This document shows, one piece after another, positions 48,215-56,852 of a DNA stretch of 64,000 bases. The notes below the pieces were generated by a model, which worked only from the letters and a program-made list of their open reading frames with translations, did not search any database and was not told the DNA's origin. The number at the start of each line of letters is the position of its first letter. The first letter of the stretch is position 1. The position numbers and the translations under genes are program-made. Source of the DNA: Candidatus Rokuibacteriota bacterium (GTDB lineage Bacteria > Methylomirabilota > Methylomirabilia > Rokubacteriales > CSP1-6); NCBI GenBank assembly GCA_023249095.1, contig JAHFDK010000008.1, positions 9,322-73,321 of the forward strand. Reading direction: 5' to 3'.

Positions 48215-49021
48215 CTACTTCTTGCGCAGGACGACGACCATGATGATGGGGTGCCGGGAGCGCTCGAGCACCTGCTGGGGCTTGAAGCCGAAGAACCACT
48301 GGACGAACTCGAAGCCGCCGGCCAGCTGGACCAGGGCCTTGAGCTCCTGCGGGAAGACCATGCGCGACAGGTGCGTCTGGCGGTAGAGCCGGCGGGTGCC
48401 GTTCTCGACGGCTTCGAGAGTCATACGCTCGCGAAAGACCTGGCTCACCGGGTCGACGTCGTTCAGGGCCGAGAACGAGGCGCGTACGATCAGCCGCCCC
48501 CGGCGCTTGAACCACGTCCAGCTCCGCGCCGGGTTCGTCCACGAGGACGCCATGTAGCGGTCGAAGATATAGAGCCCTCCCCGTCTGAGGGACCGGGCCA
48601 CGGCCCTCAGGTGGGCCAGGAGCTGATCGTTCGTCAGGAGGTGCCCCTGCGAGTCCTGCATGCAGATCGCCGCGTCGACGGGGCGTGTCAGGCGGAAGCT
48701 CGTCATGTCGCCGACGACCAACTCGCCCTGGTGGCCTTTGGCCGCGAGCCGCTCACCCAGGAACTCGATGTTCCGGGTCGACAGGTCGAGCCCCGACATC
48801 TTGTAGCCGCGATCAGCGAGGCGCATCAGGTGGGGCCCGGTGCCGCAGGCGATGTCGACGACCCGGCGGACGGGACGTCGCGAAAATCGCCTGAAGCAGT
48901 GGACGAGGAAGTCGACCTCGCCCTTGCGGTTGAGGTCGAAGGCGATCTCGTAGAAGCGCGGCGCGCTGTACTCCCGGATGCGGCTTTTCTCGCGAAGCCT
49001 CAGCGGAGCTCTCCCCACCAC
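48215..49021 (-). CDS. Class I SAM-dependent methyltransferase
   Basis: VDIACGTGPH, GLDLS, GDM, LRRGGLYIFD; GTG 49021 with an upstream GGGAGG. Confidence 0.85.
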   Translation of the reverse strand: MVGRAPLRLREKSRIREYSAPRFYEIAFDLNRKGEVDFLVHCFRRFSRRPVRRVVDIACGTGPHLMRLADRGYKMSGLDLSTRNIEFLGERLAAKGHQGELVVGDMTSFRLTRPVDAAICMQDSQGHLLTNDQLLAHLRAVARSLRRGGLYIFDRYMASSWTNPARSWTWFKRRGRLIVRASFSALNDVDPVSQVFRERMTLEAVENGTRRLYRQTHLSRMVFPQELKALVQLAGGFEFVQWFFGFKPQQVLERSRHPIIMVVVLRKK

Positions 49022-49875
49022 GCCAGCAGCGCCTCCCGGATCACCCAGGAGGCCGCGATGCCGGTACGGCCGGTGGGATCCCAGGCGTGAGCGACCTCCA
49101 CGAGGTCTCCGCCGATGACCTGGCAGCCTTCCAGCATCCTGACGATCTCGACCAGCTCCGGAACCCGGAGCCCTCCCGGCTCGGGCGACCCTGTTCCCGG
49201 CGCCTCGGCCGGGTCGAGAACGTCGACGTCGATCGTGACGTAGAGCGGATGGCGCTGGAGCTCTGGCAGGAGCCGGCGAACGACGTCCACCGGATGGCCG
49301 GCCAGCATGGGATACATAGGAAAGAAATGCGGCCGTCGCCGGTGGTACTCCTCGCGGGCGCCGGTGCGCATGCCGACCTGGTAGACGCGCTCCGGAGGGA
49401 CGACGTCCATCACACGGGCCATCGCCGAGGCGTAGTTGTAGCGCTCGCCGAGGAACTCTTCGCGCAAGTCCGGATGAGCGTCGAGGTGGAGGATGCGGAG
49501 GTCGGGAAACGCGGGGGCCAGGACCTCGATCACCGGCACGGTCGCCGTGTGGTCGCCGCCGAGCATGAACGGAATCAGCCCCGGCCGCCACCAGGCGGCG
49601 ATCTGCTCGCGCGCGGCGTCTAGCTGCTCCCGCGGGGGCGCGCCGTCGGGCAGCTCGCAGTCCCCGATGTCGGCGATGGCCAGGTCTTCCAGATCACGGG
49701 TGAGCGCCGGCGAATAGGTCTCGATCGATTCGGAGCCGAGCCGCACGTCGAGCGGACCGGCGTCGGCGCCCTTGCGGAGGTTCACACGCCCCTCGAAGGG
49801 GATGCCGTAGACGACGATGCGGGCATCGGCGAAGGCGAGATTGCAGCCGATGAAGCTCGGAGACACCGCGCGCAT
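49000..49875 (-). CDS. speB: Agmatinase/ureohydrolase
   Basis: GGDH, DAHPD, DVDVLDP.APGTGSPEPGG, DLVE. Confidence 0.9.
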   Translation of the reverse strand: MRAVSPSFIGCNLAFADARIVVYGIPFEGRVNLRKGADAGPLDVRLGSESIETYSPALTRDLEDLAIADIGDCELPDGAPPREQLDAAREQIAAWWRPGLIPFMLGGDHTATVPVIEVLAPAFPDLRILHLDAHPDLREEFLGERYNYASAMARVMDVVPPERVYQVGMRTGAREEYHRRRPHFFPMYPMLAGHPVDVVRRLLPELQRHPLYVTIDVDVLDPAEAPGTGSPEPGGLRVPELVEIVRMLEGCQVIGGDLVEVAHAWDPTGRTGIAASWVIREALLAWWGELR

Positions 49876-49887
49876 GAATTCTCCGTC

Positions 49888-49915
49888 ACTCTAGCGGCTC
49901 GCTGATCGATTGCAA
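49888..49915 (-). promoter_or_regulatory. Putative sigma70 promoter of speB (TTGCAA-N16-TAGAGT)
   Basis: Hexamers read directly; GGAG before the ATG. Confidence 0.5.
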
Positions 49916-49944
49916 GCGGAAAGTAGCGCGTCCGGGCGCGGGCA

Positions 49945-50194
49945 CCGCTGAAGCGTCGGCTCGGCCGTCGACCGGCCTCACCTCCTGCTGTCGAGCCGCT
50001 GAAGCGTCGGCTCGGCCGTCGAGCGGCCTCACCTCCTACTGTCGAGCCGCTGAAGCGTCGGCTCGGCCGTCGACCGGCCTCACCTCCTACTGTCGAGCCG
50101 CTGAAGCGTCGGCTCGGCCGTCGACCGGCCTCACCTCCTACTGTCGAGCCGCTGAAGCGTCGGCTCGGCCGTCGACCGGCCTCACCTCCTACTG
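49945..50194. repeat. Tandem array of about 4.9 x 51-bp near-identical units, no spacers
   Basis: Unit ccgctgaagcgtcggctcggccgtcgaccggcctcacctcctactgtcgag starting at 49945, 49996, 50047, 50098, 50149. Confidence 0.97.
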
Positions 50195-50296
50195 CGGGGC
50201 GTGCGCTCGCGGCTTCGAGCGACGACTGGCCGTGTCTCGGCAGCCGACTCACGCCGACGACTTTGGGCTTCGGATCGCCGCAAATGTGTTTTTTTC

Positions 50297-50325
50297 TTGC
50301 AATGGGTAAAAACGGACCCTACAGT
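50297..50325 (+). promoter_or_regulatory. Putative sigma70 promoter of speD (TTGCAA-N17-TACAGT)
   Basis: AT-rich island with a T-tract upstream. Confidence 0.55.
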
Positions 50326-50437
50326 GAAACAAGTTTCGTGGTGGAAGCGAAATTTTTTCGAACGTAATGGCGACGCGAATGAGCGTCGCAGGAGAGGTGC
50401 GGTAGATGAACGGACCGGAAAAAGGGGGACCACACGA

Positions 50438-50833
50438 TTGAACGCCCTGGGACGACACCTGCTGCTCGAGATGTTCGATTGCGACCCCGACGCCATCAAC
50501 AACCTCGAGGCCGTCAAGGGGGCCCTGGTCGAAGCAGCGAAGCGGGCCCAAGCAACCATCGTCGACGTCGTCTTCCACGAGTTCAACCCGTTCGGCATCA
50601 GCGGAGTCGTCGTCATCGCTGAATCGCACCTCGCGATCCATACCTGGCCGGAGTACCGGTACGCAGCGGTGGACATCTTTTCCTGCGGCGAGACCCTCCA
50701 GCCGGAGGTCGCCGCCAACTATCTGGTCGAGCAATTCGCGGCGGAGCGCACCTCGATCGTCGAGATGCAGCGGGGCATGTTCCTCAACTCGGCGGTGCCG
50801 ATCAGCAATAGGAATCCGGTCTCCGTCAGTTGA
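50438..50833 (+). CDS. speD: S-adenosylmethionine decarboxylase proenzyme (class 1b)
   Basis: LGRHLL, FNPFGISGVVVIAESHLAIHTWPE, DIFSCG; TTG start. Confidence 0.93.
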   Translation: MNALGRHLLLEMFDCDPDAINNLEAVKGALVEAAKRAQATIVDVVFHEFNPFGISGVVVIAESHLAIHTWPEYRYAAVDIFSCGETLQPEVAANYLVEQFAAERTSIVEMQRGMFLNSAVPISNRNPVSVS

Positions 50834-51750
50834 TCAATTCGCAGTCCTACAAGTGGTTCTTCGAGACCACGACGGCGTTCGAAGGGCACATGCACGCCAT
50901 CGCCCGGACCATCGTGGAGGCCCAGACCAAGTTCCAGCACGTTGAGATCTTGCAGACGGCCGCCTACGGCAAGACGCTGGTGCTCGACGGTCGGATCCAG
51001 TCCAGCCAGGGTGACGAGTTCATCTACCACGAGGCCCTGGTTCACCCGGGAATGCTCACGACCGAAGGCCCCCCCAGGAGCGCCCTGGTGATCGGCGGTG
51101 GAGAGGGCGCGACGCTCCGGGAAATCCTGAGATACCCCTCAATCACGCGTGCCGTCATGGTGGACATCGACGGCGAGGTGGTCGAGCTCTGCAAGACTCA
51201 TCTCCCCGAGATGCATCAGGGCGCGTTCGACGACCCGAGGACCGAGGTCAGGCACGAGGACGCGCGGGCGTACCTGGAGAAAAGCAACGACCGTTTCGAC
51301 TTCATCACGGTCGACCTCGTCGAGCCGCTCGAGGAGGGCCCGGCCTGCATGCTCTTCACCCAGGAGTTCTACGCCCTCGTGCGAGACCGGCTCACGCCCG
51401 GCGGGACGATGACGATGCAGGCGGGCATGACGAAGCTCGGAGAGCTCGGGTTCTTCACGTCGATCCACCGAACCCTTCGCGAGATCTTTCCGGTGGTCGC
51501 CGCCTATCAGAGCTTCATCTCCTGTTTCGGCACCCCCTGGGGGTTCATCGTCGCGTCGAAGACGGTCGATCCAGCCCGTCAAGGGGCTCAGGCGGTGGAC
51601 AAGCTCATCGCCGAGAGGGTCAAGGGCTCACTCGAGTACTGGGACGGCGTGACTCACCAGCACGCCTTCAGCCTCCCGAAGTTCATCCGCAAGGCTGTCG
51701 CGAAACAGACCCGTATCGTCACCGACGCGCACCCCCTGATCTTCGCCTGA
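50830..51750 (+). CDS. speE: Polyamine aminopropyltransferase
   Basis: LDGRIQS, DEFIYHEALVHP, IGGGEGATLRE, VDID. Confidence 0.92.
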   Translation: MINSQSYKWFFETTTAFEGHMHAIARTIVEAQTKFQHVEILQTAAYGKTLVLDGRIQSSQGDEFIYHEALVHPGMLTTEGPPRSALVIGGGEGATLREILRYPSITRAVMVDIDGEVVELCKTHLPEMHQGAFDDPRTEVRHEDARAYLEKSNDRFDFITVDLVEPLEEGPACMLFTQEFYALVRDRLTPGGTMTMQAGMTKLGELGFFTSIHRTLREIFPVVAAYQSFISCFGTPWGFIVASKTVDPARQGAQAVDKLIAERVKGSLEYWDGVTHQHAFSLPKFIRKAVAKQTRIVTDAHPLIFA

Positions 51751-51763
51751 AGGTCGTTCTCAG

Positions 51764-52030
51764 ATGGCAGCCCAGCGCGGCATCGGGCTGATCCTCCTGG
51801 TCGTCATCGCCGGCTTGGTCGTGGGCTCCCTTCTCGGCGAGATTCTCGGCAGCCTTCTCCCGGCCGGCCGCGCCCAGGACTTGATCACGCGCGGGCCGAC
51901 GATCGGCCTCGCGCCGCCCGCGACACTGGATCTGCGATTCCTGGCCATGACCTTCGGCCTGAGCCTCAAGGTCAATCTGGTCGGCGTCGTGGGGATCGTC
52001 CTCGCCGCGGTCACTCTTCGCCGTCTCTAG
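51764..52030 (+). CDS. DUF4321-like small membrane protein
   Basis: Two hydrophobic segments; GSLLGE, PATLDL, TFGLSLKVN; lies upstream of maf. Confidence 0.75.
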   Translation: MAAQRGIGLILLVVIAGLVVGSLLGEILGSLLPAGRAQDLITRGPTIGLAPPATLDLRFLAMTFGLSLKVNLVGVVGIVLAAVTLRRL

Positions 52031-52035
52031 GCGGC

Positions 52036-52172
52036 TCGCCGGGGGGAGGGCGTGAGGGGACCGGCCGGTATCCGACTGCTGCGATCCGGGACTTGAAGAT
52101 CATGTGCGCAGCGCGAGGTCAACGCTGACTACACGGATCCCGGCCGGTCCCCTCACGCCCTCCCCCCGGCGA
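52036..52172. repeat. Palindromic element C: 39-bp inverted repeat (one mismatch, extendable to 52025-52183) with a 59-nt loop
   Basis: Arms 52036-52074 and 52134-52172; loop ACTGCTGCGAT-N37-CGCTGACTACA. Confidence 0.95.
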
Positions 52173-52185
52173 CCCGACTAGAGCC

Positions 52186-52767
52186 ATGAGGTTGATCCTG
52201 GCGTCGGCATCCCCGCGACGGCGGGAGCTTCTGCGTGGAATTTGTCCGGAGTTCGAGGTGATACCGAGCGAGATCGAGGAGACGCTGGACGGCGGGCCGA
52301 CCCCCGACGCCGTCGCCGAGCTCGCCCTTCGCAAGGCTCGGGCGGTCGCCGCCTGCGCCGGCGCCGCGATCGTCCTGGCGGCGGACACGATCGTCGTCAT
52401 CGACGGCATGCCACTCGGCAAGCCGTCCGGCCGCGAGGAAGCCCGCGACATGCTCGTCCGCTTGCGGGGCCGACTGCACGAGGTCATGACGGGCGTCGCA
52501 ATCGTGGACGGCACGACCGGCCGCGCCGCATCCACGACGGTCGTGAGCCGCGTGATCATGGCAGCGTACCCGGATGCGACGATCGAGACGTACGTGGCAT
52601 CGGGCGCGCCGCTCGACAAGGCCGGCGCCTACGCGATTCAGGATCTTCAGGGCGCACTGGTCGACGGCATCGTCGGCTCGTACACCAACGTCATCGGGCT
52701 GCCCGTGGAGACGACGCGCCGGCTTTTGGAAGGATTCGGCGTCGTCAGCGAGCGGTCGGGGCCTTGA
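52186..52767 (+). CDS. maf: Maf family nucleotide pyrophosphatase
   Basis: LILASASPRRRELL, ADTIV, GKP, DKAGAYAIQ, NVIGLP. Confidence 0.95.
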   Translation: MRLILASASPRRRELLRGICPEFEVIPSEIEETLDGGPTPDAVAELALRKARAVAACAGAAIVLAADTIVVIDGMPLGKPSGREEARDMLVRLRGRLHEVMTGVAIVDGTTGRAASTTVVSRVIMAAYPDATIETYVASGAPLDKAGAYAIQDLQGALVDGIVGSYTNVIGLPVETTRRLLEGFGVVSERSGP

Positions 52768-53695
52768 TCTGAAGCATTTCCTCGGGGCGCGGGATCCGAA
52801 CCGACTGGGGCAGGGGCGTGTGCGCCCGGATGATCGCGATCGTCTGCTGGATCTGGTCGGCGGAGACCAGGCCGTCGGGCAGATAGAGCGGGCGCGAGGT
52901 TGTGAAGCGGGCCGCGAAGTCCTCGGGCTCGCCCACCACCTGTGTCGGAAGCTTGCCGGCCACCTCGCGGGCCTCGCCGGTCCGGATGCGCTGCTCGGCC
53001 TTTCTAAGGGCCCGCGTCATGGCGAACAGGTCCCGGTCTGGAGGGCGCCGGTCGGCGCGGGCGAAGACCGCGGCGTTCACAGTACTGGTTCCCAGTGTCT
53101 CGGCGACGGCGCGCGGGGTTCGAAAATCGGCGAGCAATTTGGCCCGCCCCTGGCTCAGAAGCTGGGTGGCCATCGGCTCGGGGACGAGCGCGACGTGGAC
53201 CTCGCCGGAGTCGATAGCGGCGACGAGCCCCCGTCCGCCGAGGCTCATCACGCTGACCTGGGCGACGCTCTTTCCCGCTCGCGCAAGGAGCCAGCCGAAC
53301 CACGCGTGCTCGGGCGCGCCCGGCGTCGTGACCCCGACTCGCAGCGCGGACAGGTCGTCGATGGAGCGGACGGTGCCGACGTGGGATGCCCCGACCAGCA
53401 GAGCGACCGGCGGTGCAGCCGTGAGCCCGAAGACGAGCCGCGGCGCCTGGCTCGGCGCCCGGAGGCCGAAGCGCAGCATCGCCTCGAGCGTCGTCGCCGC
53501 GAGGTCGGCCTGGCCCTGGGCCAGCGCCTCGGCGGCTCCCGATTCGGCCCGGGTCGTCTTGACCCTGACGGCAAGCCCCTCGAGCGCGAAGTAGCCCTCA
53601 GCCTCCGCAACCCGAATGGGAAGGTACTCCGGTGAGGTGGGCGGGCCGCTCACCGCGAGGACCAGGGTCTGCAGAAGAACGATGAGCCCGAGCAT
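52745..53695 (-). CDS. NitT/TauT (SsuA/THI5-like) ABC substrate-binding protein
   Basis: Short signal; YLPIRVAEAEGYFALEGL, GVTTPG, GEVHVALVPEP. Confidence 0.75.
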   Translation of the reverse strand: MLGLIVLLQTLVLAVSGPPTSPEYLPIRVAEAEGYFALEGLAVRVKTTRAESGAAEALAQGQADLAATTLEAMLRFGLRAPSQAPRLVFGLTAAPPVALLVGASHVGTVRSIDDLSALRVGVTTPGAPEHAWFGWLLARAGKSVAQVSVMSLGGRGLVAAIDSGEVHVALVPEPMATQLLSQGRAKLLADFRTPRAVAETLGTSTVNAAVFARADRRPPDRDLFAMTRALRKAEQRIRTGEAREVAGKLPTQVVGEPEDFAARFTTSRPLYLPDGLVSADQIQQTIAIIRAHTPLPQSVRIPRPEEMLQIKAPTAR

Positions 53696-54407
53696 CGGCT
53701 CAGCGCCCCAAGCGCGGCCGGGGCGGCGCAGGATACCCCGGGATCGCGCCAAGCGCCGACTGCTGCGCCTGTACGGGGCGCTGCTCCGGCGCTTCGGCCG
53801 CCAGCGCTGGTGGCCCGGCCGCACGCCCTACGAGGTCGCTGTTGGCGCCGTGCTTACCCAGCACACCGCGTGGGTCAATGCCGCCCTCGCCATCGCAGCG
53901 CTCCGCTCCCGCCGGCTGCTGACGCCCGCCCGGGTCGCCGACCTCTCGGTCTCCGATCTGGCGCGCGTGATCCGCCCGGCCGGCACCCACCGCGTGAAGG
54001 CGCGCCGGCTCCACGCGCTGACGCGCTGGCTCGTGGAGCGCTCGAGCGGGAGCTTCGATCGGATGCGGACGGCACCGCTCGGCCCGCTGCGCCGGAGCCT
54101 GCTCGAGATCCCCGGACTCGGCCCGGAGACAGCCGATGCAATCCTTCTCTATGCCGTGGGCCGGCCAGTGTTCGTCGCCGACGCCTATGCGCGCCGCGTT
54201 CTCGCTCGCCACCGTCTGATCGGCCCGACGGCGGGCTATGAAGAGGCCCGCGCGTGGCTCGAGGCACACCTGCCGTCCGATCCCGGCCTGTTCAACGAGT
54301 TTCACGCGCTGCTCGTGGCTGTCGGCAAGTCGAACTGCCGCACCGTGCCGCGCTGCGACGACTGCCCGTTGCGCCCGGATCTCCGGGGCCAGGCCCCCGC
54401 GCGTTGA
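53682..54407 (+). CDS. Endonuclease III-like HhH-GPD protein; start uncertain
   Basis: QRWWPG, GAVLTQHT, IPGLGPETAD, VADAY, C-x5-C-x2-C cluster. Confidence 0.88.
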   Translation: MSPSIGSAPQARPGRRRIPRDRAKRRLLRLYGALLRRFGRQRWWPGRTPYEVAVGAVLTQHTAWVNAALAIAALRSRRLLTPARVADLSVSDLARVIRPAGTHRVKARRLHALTRWLVERSSGSFDRMRTAPLGPLRRSLLEIPGLGPETADAILLYAVGRPVFVADAYARRVLARHRLIGPTAGYEEARAWLEAHLPSDPGLFNEFHALLVAVGKSNCRTVPRCDDCPLRPDLRGQAPAR

Positions 54408-54429
54408 CCGGGCCCGGGCGCTTGGAGGG

Positions 54430-55596
54430 TCATCGGCAGAAGTCCCAGAGGAGAGCGACGATTCGCTCCGCGGCGTCGGGGACGGCGAGAGTCCGCGCGT
54501 GCTCGCCCATCTGCTTCAGTCCCGCGGGGTCGGCGAGGAGCGCGCGAACCTCGCGAACGAGCCGCTCCGTCGTGAGCATCGACTGGGGGAGCACGACCGC
54601 GCCTCCGACGCGCTCGACGATCCGCGCGTTCTCCGTTTGCTCGTCACCACGGGTCCCGGGCAGCGGAACGTACAGCGCGGGCACGCCGAGCTGGCAGCAC
54701 TCGTTCACCGTCCCGGCCCCCGCGCGGGCGACCACGAGCGCCGCCGCGGCATAGATCCCGGCGAGCTCGGCGCCGATGTAGGGCACGACAGTGTAGCGGC
54801 GCGCCAGGGCTGGAGGCAGCGCGGCGCGCCGGTCTTCGAGCCACTGGCGATCACCCGTGGCCGGGTTCTCGCCACACTGATGGATGAGCTGCGCCTGCTC
54901 GGCGAGCGACGCCAACGCGTCCCCGACGACCCGATTGATCCGGTGAGCGCCCAGGGCGCCGCCGGTGACGTACACGAGGGGGACGACCGGATCGAGCTGG
55001 AAGCGGGCGATGGCGCTCGACCTCGAGCCCGCGCGGAGCTCGGGCCGGAGGGGATTGCCCGTCACGACCACGCGGGCTGCGGGAAGGCGGCCCGCCCGGT
55101 CGGGAAACGTGACCGCGATACGGCGCGCGAACCGGGCGCCGATCCGGTTCGCGAGGCCCGGGACCGCCGTCTGCTCGTGGAGGACGACAGGCAACCGCAG
55201 GAGCGCGGCGCCGAACACGACGGGAAGCGCAACGAAGCCGCCGGTGCCGAAGACGACGCGGGGGCGGAGGGTCCGCAAGATGCGAAGGACGCTCAGCGTA
55301 CCCGCCGGCACGTTGACGAGGAGGTCCGCCACGTTCTGCCACGCCCAGTAGCGCCTGAGCTTGCCGGTGGAGATGGCGATGTACGGGATGCCGCTCTGAG
55401 GCACGCGCTGAGCTTCGATGCCGGAGCGAGAGCCGATCCAGGCGCACGTCCTCGAGCGCTCGCGCAGGAGGGCCGCGACAGCCAGGCCCGGGCTCGTGTG
55501 GCCGCCCGTGCCGCCGCCCGCGATGACGACGTCCACTGGAGTTAACCGTCGGAGCGCCTCCGCAGAGCCTCCGGCGCTCGACGTTCGGGGAGTCAA
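54430..55596 (-). CDS. murG: Undecaprenyl-PP-MurNAc-pentapeptide GlcNAc transferase
   Basis: GGGTGGH, GTGGFVA, HEQ, GNP, GGALGA, RAGAGT, EQTENA; TTG 55596 (GTG 55536 is an alternative). Confidence 0.93.
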   Translation of the reverse strand: MTPRTSSAGGSAEALRRLTPVDVVIAGGGTGGHTSPGLAVAALLRERSRTCAWIGSRSGIEAQRVPQSGIPYIAISTGKLRRYWAWQNVADLLVNVPAGTLSVLRILRTLRPRVVFGTGGFVALPVVFGAALLRLPVVLHEQTAVPGLANRIGARFARRIAVTFPDRAGRLPAARVVVTGNPLRPELRAGSRSSAIARFQLDPVVPLVYVTGGALGAHRINRVVGDALASLAEQAQLIHQCGENPATGDRQWLEDRRAALPPALARRYTVVPYIGAELAGIYAAAALVVARAGAGTVNECCQLGVPALYVPLPGTRGDEQTENARIVERVGGAVVLPQSMLTTERLVREVRALLADPAGLKQMGEHARTLAVPDAAERIVALLWDFCR

Positions 55597-55658
55597 CCCG
55601 CGAGCTCCTGGTCCGCAGAGCCTCCGGCGCTCGACGTTCGGGGAGTCAACTCGCGAGC
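55559..55658. repeat. 53-bp tandem duplication across the ddl-murG junction
   Basis: Copies start at 55559 and 55612. Confidence 0.9.
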
Positions 55659-56794
55659 CCCGTGGCCGGCCCGGTTCCCCCCTTGTCGTGATGACGCTCG
55701 AGGGCGAGCTCGATCAGGCGGTCGATCAGCGCGGTGTAGCCGAGCCCGGAGGCCGCCCACATCTTCGCGTAGCCGCTCGTCGCAGTGAAGCCGGGGATCG
55801 TGTTGATCTCGTTGACCAGCACGCGATCGCCCTCGAGAAAAAAGTCGACGCGCGCCATGCCCGAACAGTCGACCGCGCGGAAGGCGGCGATCGCCAGCTC
55901 GCGGATCCGCCCTGTGGTCTCGGGCGACACGGGCGCTGGCACGGTGACTCGCGCCTGGCCCTCCAGGTACTTGGTCGAATAGTCGTACCAGTCGGCGTCG
56001 TAACTGATCTCGCCAGGGAACGAGGCGATCGGCTCGTCGTTGCCGAGCACGCTCACCTCGATCTCACGCCCCCGCACGGCGCGCTCGACGAGGATCTTGC
56101 GATCGTGACGAGCGGCGAGATCTACCGCGGCGGCCAGCGCTCCCGCCTCGCTCACCTTGCTGATCCCGACGCTCGAGCCCAGGTTCGAGGGCTTGACGAA
56201 GCAGGGAAAGCCGACGGTCTCGGCCACACGCGCCGCGACGCGATCGGGCGCGCTGCGCCACTCGTGTCGGGTGACCACGACGTGCTCGACGATGGGCAGG
56301 CCGTGAGCCTGGAACACGGCCTTCATCGTGACCTTGTCCATCCCGACGGCGGAAGCGAGAACGCCCGCGCCGACGTACGGAACGTCGGCGAGCTCGAACA
56401 GGCCCTGGATCGTGCCGTCCTCGCCGTACGGACCGTGCAGCATGATCACGACCACGTCCAGTCCCTGGCGGAGCTCGGGTGGGAGACTGCCGGCGGGCTC
56501 GGTGCGTGCGAGGCTCTTGACGGAGGCGCTCTCGACGGCTTCGGCGCGGTTCGCGAGAGCCTTCTTCACGGCCCCGTCGGCGTCGTCCGACGGGAGCGCG
56601 ACGCGCGCCTCGGCCGCGAGCGCCCGCAGGGGATCGCCGCCGACGACCCAGCGCCCGTTGCGAGCGATGCCGATCGGGACGACGGCGTGACCGCGCTCCT
56701 CGAGCGCGGCGATCACCGACGCCGCGGAGGCGAGCGACACCTCGTGCTCCCCGGAGCGGCCGCCGAAGACGACGCCCACGCGCAGGCGAGACAT
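55646..56794 (-). CDS. ddl: D-alanine--D-alanine ligase
   Basis: FGGRSGEHEVS, HGPYGEDG, GSSVG, YDYSTKY, NEINTIPGFT. Confidence 0.96.
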   Translation of the reverse strand: MSRLRVGVVFGGRSGEHEVSLASAASVIAALEERGHAVVPIGIARNGRWVVGGDPLRALAAEARVALPSDDADGAVKKALANRAEAVESASVKSLARTEPAGSLPPELRQGLDVVVIMLHGPYGEDGTIQGLFELADVPYVGAGVLASAVGMDKVTMKAVFQAHGLPIVEHVVVTRHEWRSAPDRVAARVAETVGFPCFVKPSNLGSSVGISKVSEAGALAAAVDLAARHDRKILVERAVRGREIEVSVLGNDEPIASFPGEISYDADWYDYSTKYLEGQARVTVPAPVSPETTGRIRELAIAAFRAVDCSGMARVDFFLEGDRVLVNEINTIPGFTATSGYAKMWAASGLGYTALIDRLIELALERHHDKGGTGPATGLAS

Positions 56795-56852
56795 GCAAAT
56801 CATTCTAGCAGCACACGACGCGCGACCCGCCCGATCGAGTCCGACCGGGCGC

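Noticed and set aside
49000..49021. CTG start for the methyltransferase via a CTGA overlap
   Set aside because: In-frame GTG codons at 49021 and 49018 with a GGGAGG SD give a canonical alternative
49945..50194. CRISPR array
   Set aside because: Units are contiguous with no unique spacers, and no cas genes are present
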